From Acidobacteriota bacterium (GTDB lineage: Bacteria; Acidobacteriota; UBA6911; RPQK01; CBDAPI01), in the NCBI GenBank assembly GCA_965248635.1, contig OZ252114.1, positions 3,103,309-3,167,308 of the forward strand: a stretch of 64,000 nucleotides of DNA, given 5' to 3'. The notes under the pieces were generated by a model. It did no database searches. It saw only the letters and a list, made by a program, of their open reading frames with translations, and had not been told where the DNA came from. The position numbers and the translations under genes are program-made. Positions 19,489-29,522 of this stretch are shown here, in pieces; within the stretch, counting starts at the first letter, position 1, and every line of letters begins with the position of its first letter.

Positions 19489-20364
19489 ATGGACCGAACC
19501 TACTCTACTCGTGAAGTCGCTCAGATGTGGAATGTCAGCGAATCCACCGTGAAGCGCTGGGCTGATACCGCCGGCCTGGGGTGCCAGCGAACTCCGGGAG
19601 GCCATCGTCGATTCTCTCTGGAAGACATCCGGGGTTTCCAGCAGGATCGTGGCTTCGAGGCCACCGGGCTTCTGACCACCGAACGGTGGGAGGATCCCAG
19701 TGTCGAAGATCTTCTAAACCGCAAGGACTTTGCTCGTGTCCGAGAGCAGGTGAGCTTTCTGGCCGCCCACAATCAGAGGTCCCAGATCGAAGAGCTCCTG
19801 AAGAGACTCTACCTGCGCGGGATGTCGCTCGAGCACCTCTACGACTACGTCGTCATGCCGGTCGCTCGTTCGACTCAAGCAGCCCTTTCCGATCAGGTTC
19901 TCTCCAGGGGGCAGGCCAAACTGATTCAGGTGAACCTGGAAGAGGCCATGTCGTACCTGTTCCCTCATATCATCCGAAGACGACGCAATGGACGCATTAG
20001 TCTTTGCTCCAGTCCGGATCGGGCCCAGTATCTCCCCGTGAATGCTGCCGCCCGAATCCTGGAGGTCGAGGGCTGGGAAGTCCTCAACCTGGGCTGGTCG
20101 GTGCCTTTCCCCGCCATGGCCGCCATGGTCGAGGAAGAACCCATTAACATGGTTTGCATCGTTTCGAACGGCTCCGCCCCGGTGGCGTCCACTCCCGAGC
20201 TGGAGATGCTGCTCGAAGCCGTTCACGAGTACCGCCTGCCGCTGGTTTGCCTGGGCGGGGCTCTCCCCATGGATGGAGGCTTTGAAAGCTCGATCGACTT
20301 GTTCTATTTTTCCGATTTCTCTTCTTTTCGGGACTTCATCGCGTCCACCGGTCGCAGTGCCTGA
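19489..20364 (+). CDS. MerR-family transcriptional regulator with C-terminal B12-binding-like domains (CarH/LitR-like architecture)
   Basis: N-terminal MerR HTH (YSTREVAQMWNVSESTVKRWAD). The middle helical and C-terminal Rossmann-like segments resemble B12-binding_2 and B12-binding domains, but the DxHxxG His ligand is not evident. Confidence 0.55.
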   Translation: MDRTYSTREVAQMWNVSESTVKRWADTAGLGCQRTPGGHRRFSLEDIRGFQQDRGFEATGLLTTERWEDPSVEDLLNRKDFARVREQVSFLAAHNQRSQIEELLKRLYLRGMSLEHLYDYVVMPVARSTQAALSDQVLSRGQAKLIQVNLEEAMSYLFPHIIRRRRNGRISLCSSPDRAQYLPVNAAARILEVEGWEVLNLGWSVPFPAMAAMVEEEPINMVCIVSNGSAPVASTPELEMLLEAVHEYRLPLVCLGGALPMDGGFESSIDLFYFSDFSSFRDFIASTGRSA

Positions 20365-20371
20365 CCTCCGG

Positions 20372-20456
20372 CGTTCCACGTTCCACGAGGGTCCTGCCCA
20401 TTCTCGGGATCCGACCCCTAATCCACAATCCTCCAAACGTGGGTGGAACGTGAAAC
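20372..20456. repeat. inverted GTTCCACG-type repeat pair (hairpin) between convergent genes
   Basis: gcgttccacgttccacg … cgtgggtggaacgtgaaacc around a ~48-nt loop. Confidence 0.8.
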
Positions 20457-20461
20457 CGAAT

Positions 20462-20812
20462 TCAAGGGCGCTCGTACTCAGCGCGTACCGTCGTCTTGAT
20501 GCCACCCCTGAAATTGAAATCCCCTTCTACACTGCAGCGAATCGGTTGGCTGGCGGCTACAAAGTCATCCAGGATCCGGTTCGTCACGTGCTCGTGAAAA
20601 ATGCCATGATCGCGAAAAGAGAAAAGATACAGTTTCAAGGACTTCAGTTCAACGATAGCGGTATCTGGGACGTAGCGAATTCGAATCGTGCCGAAGTCCG
20701 GCTGTCCGGTTCGCGGACAGACACAGGTAAACTCAGGGCAGACGATGTCCACCTCGTATTCGCGCCCCTGGTACTCATTCTTTACAGTCTCGAAGCTGGG
20801 AAATGTGCTCAT
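20462..20812 (-). CDS. queF: NADPH-dependent 7-cyano-7-deazaguanine reductase (preQ1 synthase), unimodular type
   Basis: QueF signature CPEFTCVCPRTGQPDF. Size 116 aa. Confidence 0.85.
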   Translation of the reverse strand: MSTFPSFETVKNEYQGREYEVDIVCPEFTCVCPRTGQPDFGTIRIRYVPDTAIVELKSLKLYLFSFRDHGIFHEHVTNRILDDFVAASQPIRCSVEGDFNFRGGIKTTVRAEYERP

Positions 20813-20828
20813 ATTCGTTTCATGTTCC

Positions 20829-22526
20829 TTACAGAGGCTCGGCGATCCCGGTGTACAGGTACCGTTTGATTTTGCGAGTCGTGGTCTTCTCGAACTCTTG
20901 GTGGCGGAGACTGAACTGGCGAATCCTCTTGTAGTTGGCCAGGACTCGGTTGACCTGCTTCACCTCTTCGGCAATGGCCTTCTCAATTCTGTCTTCATCG
21001 TACTCACTGGCTCCGAACTGCTCGTCAAGTGCCTCCACATCCGGCACGATGATCGCCTGAACCTCAGTCAAGGCTGGATCGGCGGAAGGGCCTCCCCAGA
21101 CCAGGGATTCGGCGATGAACCGGCTGTCGTTCAGGTGTGCCTCCAGTTCTTCAGGGTAGACATTCTTTCCGTTCGGCGTGACAACGACCGATTTCTTACG
21201 TCCACTCACATAAAGAAAACCGTCCTTGTCGATGTGGCCCAGGTCACCCGTGTGCAACCACCCATTTTCAACGGTTTCCTCGGTCGCCTGCCGGTTCTTG
21301 TAGTAGCCCAGCATCACGTTCGGACCCCGGACTGCTATCTCACCCTCAATGATGCGGGCTTCCACCCCGGGCAGGGGCATTCCCACCGAGCGGTCTTTCG
21401 GATTGGCCTCCCGGTTGACAGCGATCAGAGGCGAAGCCTCCGTCATCCCGTAACCCTGAATGCACTGGATACCCAGGTCTCGAAAGCCGCGTGAGACCTC
21501 CGGATTCATGGCAGCTCCCCCGGTAATCAGGAGGCGCAGGTTGCCACCGAGACGGTCATGGACAAGTTTGAAAAGCCGGCGTCTGATGCTCAGGCCGAAC
21601 CGCTCGGTGAAGGAAGCCACTCCCTTGGCAATGCGAAACTTCCGCTCGCCGGTTTCCTGAATGCCTTTCTCAATCCGCCGATACATCGTTTCAAACAGTA
21701 ACGGCACTCCCAGCACCACCGTGACCCGGGTCTCAGCCAGGTTCTCGGGGATCCGGCGGAGATTTTCAGCGTGATAAATGGAGGCTCCCTGGTAGAGAGC
21801 CGTCAGAAACCCGCAGGTGCATTCATAGGTGTGGTGAAGAGGCAGGACGGAAAGACAGCGATCATCGTTTTGAATGGAAACGACTTTTGAGGTCGCAATG
21901 ATGTTGGAGGAGAGATTCCCGTGAGTCAACATCACGGCCTTGGAACTCCCCATAGTCCCCGACGTGAAAATGATAGCTGCCAGCGTTTCAGGTCCAACCT
22001 CGGGGAGGCGGTAGCCGGACGCTCTCTCCAGTCCCTGGTAGCCGCGCTGCAACAACTCGGGGAAGGAGTGGTCCCCCTTTCCTGCTTCCTCCTCCAGAGA
22101 GACAACTCGGCTGGGTCGTCCTGTCTCGGCACGCAGGGCTACCATGTCATCCACGAAACGACCGCTGCACAGAACCGTGTCTACCTCGGAGAACTCAAGG
22201 ATGTGTCGAATTTCCCCCGGTCTCAAATCCCGGTCTACAGGTATCACGACCCTCCCGGATGACACAATCGCCAGGTAGCCAAGGGCCCACGCGGTCGTGT
22301 TCTCGCCAATCAGCGCGACCGGGTCGCCCTCTCTCGTTCCGAGCGCCGCCAAGCCGGCACTCAACTCTAGAACACGAGCCTTCAACTGCAGAAAGGACGT
22401 CGTTTGGTAGGCACCTTTCTTCTTGGTGGCCAGCGCCACCTTCTCGCGGTGCCGGGCGCCGACTTCTTCAACCAGATCCTGAAGCGTGGCGATGGGGTAG
22501 GTTGGAAACAGCGGTGGATGTTTCAC
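20829..22526 (-). CDS. long-chain fatty-acid--CoA ligase (AMP-dependent synthetase)
   Basis: AMP-binding motif TSGTMGSSKAVMLTHGN; adenylate-forming core. The start is uncertain: the track ORF extends to 22646, while a GTG near 22526 is plausible. Confidence 0.75.
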   Translation of the reverse strand: MKHPPLFPTYPIATLQDLVEEVGARHREKVALATKKKGAYQTTSFLQLKARVLELSAGLAALGTREGDPVALIGENTTAWALGYLAIVSSGRVVIPVDRDLRPGEIRHILEFSEVDTVLCSGRFVDDMVALRAETGRPSRVVSLEEEAGKGDHSFPELLQRGYQGLERASGYRLPEVGPETLAAIIFTSGTMGSSKAVMLTHGNLSSNIIATSKVVSIQNDDRCLSVLPLHHTYECTCGFLTALYQGASIYHAENLRRIPENLAETRVTVVLGVPLLFETMYRRIEKGIQETGERKFRIAKGVASFTERFGLSIRRRLFKLVHDRLGGNLRLLITGGAAMNPEVSRGFRDLGIQCIQGYGMTEASPLIAVNREANPKDRSVGMPLPGVEARIIEGEIAVRGPNVMLGYYKNRQATEETVENGWLHTGDLGHIDKDGFLYVSGRKKSVVVTPNGKNVYPEELEAHLNDSRFIAESLVWGGPSADPALTEVQAIIVPDVEALDEQFGASEYDEDRIEKAIAEEVKQVNRVLANYKRIRQFSLRHQEFEKTTTRKIKRYLYTGIAEPL

Positions 22527-22768
22527 AGCAGTGAATTGTAGCCTCGTGACGACTGCAGATTCCAGAGAGAGACGGACTCGGGGAGGAGACAAGGGGCCTC
22601 GCTGGCGCTCGGGGGGGTTCTCAGGGTGTGACCTGTACAGGTTCAACAGAACCGAGGGCGCAGGCCGCGGCTACTACTCAGCCCTCGCCGGCGATCGGTT
22701 CTGATTTGGATGGTAAGTGACCAAGGGAGGTGATTGAGACCATCGCGCGCGACTTTCACCACAGACTG

Positions 22769-23719
22769 CTAAGAGACCCTCTGCTTTTCCAACCTGTCTT
22801 CCAGTTCCTCTGGCAGCGCGAACTGCACGTTCTCTGTACGGGTGACCAGCTCTTCCACCTCGGCCCCATCACGACAGAGCCAGTTCACGACTTCCGAGAC
22901 CAGCCTTTCGGGAGCCGAGGCGCCTGAAGTCACGCCCACAATTTTCGCATCCCGGAGCCACTCCGAACGGATTCCCTCGTGATCGTCGATCAGGTAGGCC
23001 GGAGTCCCTTCCTTGATCGCCTCTTCCACGAGACGGTTGGAATTACTGCTGTTCCTGGAACCGACCACCAGGATCAGATCCGATTTGCGGGCCAGCTCGC
23101 CCACTGCCAGTTGTCGATTCTGGGTTGCATAGCAGATGTCCTCGGAGGGTGGCCCCTGGACCTGCGGAAAGCGTTGCCGAAGTGCCTCTACAATTTCCCG
23201 TGTGTCCTCCAGACTCAGCGTGGTTTGTGTCAGATAGGCAAGCGGGGTACCCTCTTCGATCTGGAGCCGGGCGACATCTTCCACACTCGTAACCAGCCTG
23301 ATGCGCTCCGGAGCCACTCCCATGGTCCCGATCACTTCATCGTGCCCCTCGTGTCCGATGAGCAGAATCGTGCGGTCCCGGTCAGCGTAGCGTGCAGCCT
23401 CAAGATGCACCTTCGTGACCAGCGGACAAGTTGCATCGATCACTCGAAGCTCCCGACTGCGAGCCTCTTCCCACACCTGGGGGGAGACACCATGCGCACT
23501 GAAGATGACTGTTTTTCCCCTGGGAACCTCCTCCAGGGACTCCACAAAGATAGCCCCCTGATCTTGCAGTCTGGCAACTACATGCCGGTTGTGTACGATT
23601 TCTTTGCGGACATAGACGGGTTTTGGGAAGACGTCCAGGGCAATGTTCACAATATCAATGGCCCGGACAACTCCGGCGCAGAAACCCCTGGGGGCGGCCA
23701 GGAAGACCTTTTCCGTCAT
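22769..23719 (-). CDS. ispH: 4-hydroxy-3-methylbut-2-enyl diphosphate reductase
   Basis: Full-length LytB/IspH with conserved Cys ligands (CAGV…, ATCPLV…). Confidence 0.9.
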   Translation of the reverse strand: MTEKVFLAAPRGFCAGVVRAIDIVNIALDVFPKPVYVRKEIVHNRHVVARLQDQGAIFVESLEEVPRGKTVIFSAHGVSPQVWEEARSRELRVIDATCPLVTKVHLEAARYADRDRTILLIGHEGHDEVIGTMGVAPERIRLVTSVEDVARLQIEEGTPLAYLTQTTLSLEDTREIVEALRQRFPQVQGPPSEDICYATQNRQLAVGELARKSDLILVVGSRNSSNSNRLVEEAIKEGTPAYLIDDHEGIRSEWLRDAKIVGVTSGASAPERLVSEVVNWLCRDGAEVEELVTRTENVQFALPEELEDRLEKQRVS

Positions 23720-23746
23720 GGCGAGGAAAATTTTAGCATAACCGCC

Positions 23747-25723
23747 TCACTCCCGGGCGTCGTGGCGGATCCAGACGGGCGATGACCAAGCCATGGCAAC
23801 CCGCCCTCGTACCGGCACACTCTGCTCGAGACGAACGTAATAGACGGCCCCGGACTGCACTTCCGCGTCGGCGTGCTCTCCCAGGAAATCCAGGCAACCA
23901 GGAGTCCACTGATGAACGACTTCAAAGTCTTTCTGGCCGGGCTGGTAGCGCAACACATCGATTCTCCGAATGCGATTGGTGCCGTATGCTTCAACCGTCA
24001 CGACGGTAGGACGGAGCAGCGCTGCCGTCTGCCCCATGGATGCACCGTTTACAGTCACTTTGAGGATGATCCTTGCCCCTGTGGTTCCATAGGTCCTCCG
24101 ATCGTAGAGGGCCTGGAAAATCGCATCCCTGGTCAACTGGGAGGCACGAACAGCGGTCAGCCCGTAGTGGGGTAAGCCCGGATGCGCCCGGTGATCATCG
24201 GATGCGGCGATGGTCGAGAGCTGAAGGCCTTGCTTCCATGCATCCTGGGCGTTGGCGGGGGTCTGCAGGCTGACAGAAGGAGCTGTGAAATCACTGTGTT
24301 CAAATGAGAGCGGGTGGTCAGGGTTGTAGGTTTCGCTGAGCCCGTGGGCCGAATAGAGCTCGAAATTGCGGCGAAATCCCGGGTCATGAATGGAAAAGTT
24401 GACGCCTCCGGGGAACTTGCCCGTGTGGTGCGGAACCGTAATCGCCTGCGCGTCGCCTAGCGCTGCCCAGATCTCCGGAAGAGTCGATGTGGACGGGAAG
24501 AAGAGCGCTCCGGGTCGGGCGCGGAAGTAAATATTGTGATGCCCGTAGGGGGCCGGGAGGGAACACTCATAGGCATGTAAAGTGACGAAGGAGCCGGGAT
24601 CGTGATGTCGTTCAGTCAGCGCCGTATATTCATCCCAGTAGGCCTGGCTGAGTCCCCGAGTCTTCCCTTCTCTCGAAACCAGGAGGTGGTCGGTCATGGC
24701 ATAGAAATCGAGGGCCGATATGTGACGGGCGTAATCAAAGTTGCCTTTGCCGACTCCATCCCAGCTGAAACGAGTGTGCGAATGAAGATCTCCCCAAAAC
24801 ACAGATTCCACGCTTTCGGTTTCCCTGACAAGCATCGGGTTGGAGACGCTTTCGAGTCGATAGCCGGCGACTCGGGAGAGCAGCCGCAGCACTCCTTCTT
24901 CTTTCGGAGTCACGTAGAAGGCAACGTGACCCTGGTCTTCGGACATCCGAAGCATCCGGGATATCTCGGCTCTCCCCGTCACCGCCTCGAGTTCGATCTC
25001 CAAAGGCACCCAGACTGCGTTGTCTTCTTTGTCGACAGCCGAAACAACGAACCTCGAGCGCCTGCCGACCTCTCCCTGAGAAGGCGCGTGTAGTTGCAGA
25101 GCTGTGGGAGCACCGGGGCGCGCCGTCAGCAAGGGTCCATCCAGGTGCAGCTGGAATCGATTGCTACCTTTGGGGTCAAGTGCCAGGAGAATGGGGCTTG
25201 GTCCGGAGGAAACAGCGGCAGCTCGGTAACCTGGACTTCCTCCTCCCACATCACCGTAGACCACCTCGATTCGATCACCCTCCACCAGCCGTCCAGCTCT
25301 GACAACGACCCGAACTACAAAGACGTAGCGCTCGCTGCGACCATCCAGTGACTCTTTCTCGTGCTTGACGAGCCTGATGGCCGTTTCAGATTCAACGATG
25401 GTCGACAGCTCCACATCAGCGCGGCCGATGTAGGCGCTGACATAGTGTTCCTCGGCAGGAAAAGAAGCCTGAAGCCGATTTGCCGAGTTGCGAGGCCCGG
25501 AATGCCATGCGTCGGGCAATTGCACCCGAATCCCACCGCCCCTATCGATCCCATCGGGACCCACCACATAGCTGACTGTCCAGGTCCCGAACTCTCCGGA
25601 AATTCCCCACTCTGGAGAAACCGAGACGGTCCCGGCATCGGTCCGCCCCTGTATCATGATCGGGATCGGGGCAGGAATCTCCTGGAGAACCAGGGAGGCG
25701 AGGAGAAGGGTTTCAATGAGCAT
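23747..25723 (-). CDS. DUF3604-family secreted protein with a PHP-like metal-binding motif
   Basis: Signal peptide. WGDLHSHTRFSWDG matches the PHP/DUF3604 histidine cluster. Size about 650 aa. Confidence 0.65.
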   Translation of the reverse strand: MLIETLLLASLVLQEIPAPIPIMIQGRTDAGTVSVSPEWGISGEFGTWTVSYVVGPDGIDRGGGIRVQLPDAWHSGPRNSANRLQASFPAEEHYVSAYIGRADVELSTIVESETAIRLVKHEKESLDGRSERYVFVVRVVVRAGRLVEGDRIEVVYGDVGGGSPGYRAAAVSSGPSPILLALDPKGSNRFQLHLDGPLLTARPGAPTALQLHAPSQGEVGRRSRFVVSAVDKEDNAVWVPLEIELEAVTGRAEISRMLRMSEDQGHVAFYVTPKEEGVLRLLSRVAGYRLESVSNPMLVRETESVESVFWGDLHSHTRFSWDGVGKGNFDYARHISALDFYAMTDHLLVSREGKTRGLSQAYWDEYTALTERHHDPGSFVTLHAYECSLPAPYGHHNIYFRARPGALFFPSTSTLPEIWAALGDAQAITVPHHTGKFPGGVNFSIHDPGFRRNFELYSAHGLSETYNPDHPLSFEHSDFTAPSVSLQTPANAQDAWKQGLQLSTIAASDDHRAHPGLPHYGLTAVRASQLTRDAIFQALYDRRTYGTTGARIILKVTVNGASMGQTAALLRPTVVTVEAYGTNRIRRIDVLRYQPGQKDFEVVHQWTPGCLDFLGEHADAEVQSGAVYYVRLEQSVPVRGRVAMAWSSPVWIRHDARE

Positions 25724-25736
25724 GAGTCCGTCCAGC

Positions 25737-26024
25737 TCAGGATTGATTCGCCCTGCTCAAAACCACGACGAACCGTTCCCTCAGGGACCCTACTTCCTGC
25801 CTGCCAAGCCGAACCTTGATGAGCACCTGGTAGTCGCCGGGTTCGAGTTGGTCCAGGCTGAACCGCGCGTTCACTGCGAAGGCTCCACTCGAGTCGCTCC
25901 CAAGTGGCTTCCAGGCACCCCCGTAGACCTCATCGGCGGCGGCGTCTAAGAGAACGATCTGGTATTCGCCAGGACTGGACAGGTTGGAGATTTTTCCGTG
26001 CCAGTAACAAAGTCGGCCATGCAA
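25737..26024 (-). CDS. hypothetical small protein (possible beta-sandwich domain)
   Basis: ORF only. No recognisable motif, and it is in a different frame from the downstream gene. Confidence 0.3.
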   Translation of the reverse strand: MHGRLCYWHGKISNLSSPGEYQIVLLDAAADEVYGGAWKPLGSDSSGAFAVNARFSLDQLEPGDYQVLIKVRLGRQEVGSLRERFVVVLSRANQS

Positions 26025-26265
26025 TCATCAGACTCACCCCATTCTGAACGAACTCCCCGATTCGCCGGTTACACAAACCGGCTCAACGGTTTCTACGCAG
26101 GACAGCAGGTCCTGTTTCTCGTTCAAAGGTGACTGGTGGATCCTATCTGGAACGGGCGCTGCCAAAAAACCGATAACGAAACGGTGGGCGTTAGGCTGCG
26201 GCTACCACTCAGCCCTCGCTGACGCGGGTTCTGAAAGACTTCTCTGTGAACTGTGGAGCCGGGAA

Positions 26266-26874
26266 TCATTCCGGATCCAGCCGCCGCATGGCACCAACCA
26301 TCAGCGCTCCCAGCAGATAGCCACCGATACAATCCAACGGCCAGTGCACGCCCAGCCAGACACGGGAGATCCCGACGGCCAGGATCAAGAAACCCAGTCC
26401 TCCCGTCACAACTGTACGGAGGGAACCAGACAGGTGCCTCCAGGCCAGCAGCAGGAGGTAACCAAAGCATGCTACAAACAGGACCACGTGGCCCGATGGA
26501 AAGCCGGGGCCACCCGGATCGTTGTAGGCTGGAAACAACCTCCCTCCGGGCCGCGGTCGATCGATCAGGTGCTTCAGAACCAGATTGGTCAGGGAAGCTC
26601 CCCCGGCACCTGCCAGAAGGACCCAGCACCGCAAGACCAGGCCTGCCTTCCACAGGAAGAGCGCCAGGATCGGGACCATCAGAAACGGCAAATAACCACT
26701 GCCGATCCAGGATACGGCTCTCAATATCCACCCAACAACCGGTTCCTGCAGCCGGTAAATCCAGCCGGCCAACTGAATCTCCCAGCGGAAAGGAGATCCC
26801 CGCCAGGCCAGCAGGCAGGTGAACAGAAAGAGGATGCCTGCCCCCGCCAGAAGCAGTCGTCCTGATCTTGACAA
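26266..26874 (-). CDS. PAP2-family phosphatase (phosphatidic-acid-phosphatase type 2)
   Basis: KHLIDRPRP…PSGH…SRVWLGVHWPLD tripartite PAP2 signature. Start refined to TTG preceded by AGGAGG. Confidence 0.75.
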   Translation of the reverse strand: MSRSGRLLLAGAGILFLFTCLLAWRGSPFRWEIQLAGWIYRLQEPVVGWILRAVSWIGSGYLPFLMVPILALFLWKAGLVLRCWVLLAGAGGASLTNLVLKHLIDRPRPGGRLFPAYNDPGGPGFPSGHVVLFVACFGYLLLLAWRHLSGSLRTVVTGGLGFLILAVGISRVWLGVHWPLDCIGGYLLGALMVGAMRRLDPE

Positions 26875-27036
26875 ATGTCCTCCTCTTTGGATCTGCACTG
26901 CTTGCGATTGTCTGGAAGGCTGTTGACAGCCTGGCAAGCACTCCAGAGAATAGCACGTCTATCATGCTTTCCCTCCAGGCCACTCCCTTCTCTCTAATTC
27001 CCTTACTATTCGCGCTCCAGCAGGGGCCTGCACCAT

Positions 27037-28767
27037 GTGGCCGACGCGTTGAGTCTTCCGACTCTCATGGAGCACTATGAAGAATTCAATGTGGAGGCTC
27101 ACGCTCAGGCGCTTCTCACGGATCTGATGCGAACCCACCCCGAGGTGCAGGCCATCCTTCCAACCCTCCTGGCCAAGATGACCTCCGGCTCCTTGGAACT
27201 TTCGGCCGACATTTCTACCCTACTTTCTGAGCTCCCCCGGCAAGACTGGGAACAGGAGATTCTGGAACAGCTGATTCACCGCTCGCGGGTTCTGGAAATG
27301 ATCACGCCGGAGCTCGTCAAGTGGCGACCCTTTGTCCACGACTCGCTCATTTACTTTCTTCATGAACTTGGGCCCGAAGAGGTGCTCAAGAGATTCCTCA
27401 GCCAGCTGCAAATCTCAGGCGATGTCGACCGGGGTGGCCGCGTTCTCGAGTTTGCCGCAGGAACACCTATTCTTCAGAAAATAGGTCAGATACTGGCACG
27501 TAACCAGGCAATCCCACAAGATTTTCGGGTCTCCTTACAAAAGCTGGAAAACGCCATTCTGACCACAGATGCGGAAACCCTGCGCGCCATGATTCGGGCC
27601 GATCTGGGTGAGGAGATAATCGCTGCCTACCGGCTCGAGTTGGCGTCAGAGATCCTGGCTGAGGCCAGTGTCGGGAGCGTGATTGCCGGTTCCCTGACCT
27701 TGCCCGGCGAACCAGGTCCCCGTCGGATTGTATGTAAGGTGATCAAGCCGGAAGCGGAGAAGGGCTTACGCCACCAACTGCAGGCCTTCGACTCTCTCGG
27801 TTCGTACCTGCAGGAAAACAGTGCATTTTATGAGCTCGGGGATTTTCCGCTCGCTGATCTCTTCAATGAGATTCGGGACGCGCTCGCCAAAGAGATCCTG
27901 GTTGTCGAAGAACAGCGCAACCTGTCGAGAGCGGCAGATTACTATGCAAACAACCCGCGGATTCTCGTGCCCGAGATATACGAGATCTCGACCCCGAACG
28001 TGACCGTCATGGACTTCGTTGACGGAGTCAAGGTGAGCGAGGCCTTTCCAGGAGATCAAGAAGCCCGCGCCAAGGTGGCACGAAGGTTGAGCAACGCCCT
28101 GACCTACGACGTCATTTTTAATCGTCGGGATCTCGCCATCTTCCATGGGGACCCCCATGCGGGCAACGTCTATCATGTCACGGCAGGGACCGGGGATCGC
28201 TACCGGCTGGCCCTCCTGGACTGGGGCCTTCTGGGGGAATTCACCCTCCAGGAACGGAAACAGCTGGTCCAGCTCCTGTTCGGCATTCAACTAGGCCACA
28301 GGAAGAAGCTGCAAGGAAACATCGGAGTTCTCATCGAAGGAGGTCTGCCCGACTCTGAACCAGAACGGGAAAAAATCGATCAAATCATTCAAGATGCTCA
28401 GAACTCATTCTCGGGGCAGGGCTCGTTTGTTCTGCTGGAGGCGATCTCGGCCGAGCTGGCGAAACAGGGCTATGAAGTACCCTTTAATCTGGCTCTGTTC
28501 GTCAAGTCGCAGCTTACCATCAGCGGCATCCTTTACGAACTGGATCCGGAGCTCAAACAGGATCAGCTGGTCATGCAGCAACTCAGCGGCCAGGTCATGA
28601 AAGAGTTCCCCAGGCGTTTTCTCTACACTCTTTCTGTCGTCAAATGGAATTCTCGTGATTTTGACAGCCTTCTTTCCAACGGAGATGTGATGGGATATCA
28701 AGCCAGGAAAGTCGGACACACTTTCGGTAAGATATTCAAGTTTCCGCTGAGAGCCTTTAACCCATGA
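27037..28767 (+). CDS. ABC1/UbiB-family atypical protein kinase
   Basis: ABC1 kinase core including HGDPHAGN. Confidence 0.8.
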   Translation: MADALSLPTLMEHYEEFNVEAHAQALLTDLMRTHPEVQAILPTLLAKMTSGSLELSADISTLLSELPRQDWEQEILEQLIHRSRVLEMITPELVKWRPFVHDSLIYFLHELGPEEVLKRFLSQLQISGDVDRGGRVLEFAAGTPILQKIGQILARNQAIPQDFRVSLQKLENAILTTDAETLRAMIRADLGEEIIAAYRLELASEILAEASVGSVIAGSLTLPGEPGPRRIVCKVIKPEAEKGLRHQLQAFDSLGSYLQENSAFYELGDFPLADLFNEIRDALAKEILVVEEQRNLSRAADYYANNPRILVPEIYEISTPNVTVMDFVDGVKVSEAFPGDQEARAKVARRLSNALTYDVIFNRRDLAIFHGDPHAGNVYHVTAGTGDRYRLALLDWGLLGEFTLQERKQLVQLLFGIQLGHRKKLQGNIGVLIEGGLPDSEPEREKIDQIIQDAQNSFSGQGSFVLLEAISAELAKQGYEVPFNLALFVKSQLTISGILYELDPELKQDQLVMQQLSGQVMKEFPRRFLYTLSVVKWNSRDFDSLLSNGDVMGYQARKVGHTFGKIFKFPLRAFNP

Positions 28768-28811
28768 TCCGCCCACTGCCTCTGGAACTCCTGGCCAGCG
28801 AACGAAGCGAG

Positions 28812-29300
28812 CTACTCACTCCCGGCTATCTCCCGATCGACCATTAGCAGCGCGACCGAATTGTCTCCCACCATTTTGAGCTGGGCCACAATATCACCGG
28901 CTGTCTTTTCCTCTTCCACCTGCTCTGTGATGAACCACTGCAGTTCCACTGCAGTCGCATTGTCACGCTCCTCCAGGGCTGCTCGATAGGCCTCGTCGAT
29001 CCTCTTCGTGACCTTTTTTTCGTGCTCCAGAACTGCCTCGAACATCTCCTGGGCCGACCCGAAGCCTGAGGGTGGCCGGTCGATCTCACGCAGTTCGACA
29101 TGTCCTTCCCGGCTGAGCAGAAAGTCAAAAAGGCGCAGCGCGTGGACTCTTTCTTCCTCACTCTGAGTCCGCAACCAACCCCCAAAGCCCGGCAAATTCA
29201 GTTCTTCACAGTAGGACGACATGGCCAGGTAGAGATAAGAAGCCTGGAATTCCGCCTGGATCTGCTCGTTCAGGACTTCATTCATATTCTCAGAAAGCAT
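28812..29300 (-). CDS. ftn: non-heme ferritin
   Basis: Ferritin-like di-iron four-helix bundle (EFQASYLYLAMS…EEERVHALRLFDF…). Confidence 0.85.
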   Translation of the reverse strand: MLSENMNEVLNEQIQAEFQASYLYLAMSSYCEELNLPGFGGWLRTQSEEERVHALRLFDFLLSREGHVELREIDRPPSGFGSAQEMFEAVLEHEKKVTKRIDEAYRAALEERDNATAVELQWFITEQVEEEKTAGDIVAQLKMVGDNSVALLMVDREIAGSE

Positions 29301-29522
29301 TCAGTTCTCCTTCGATGTTTCTTTCTTGTCTGCCTGCGCAGCAGGCACAATAAATCGTTTTACAACAGCTCCAGGATACCGTTTTCAGCTTCTGACATCA
29401 ACCCATAAGATATTGAAAACAAGAGACTTAAATGAATATGAATTTCAATTTCAATCTCCCTGGATCCTGGGCAGTCTCCTGACATATGCTATCGTTTGTC
29501 GTTCCGGTGTAGGAGAACGATT

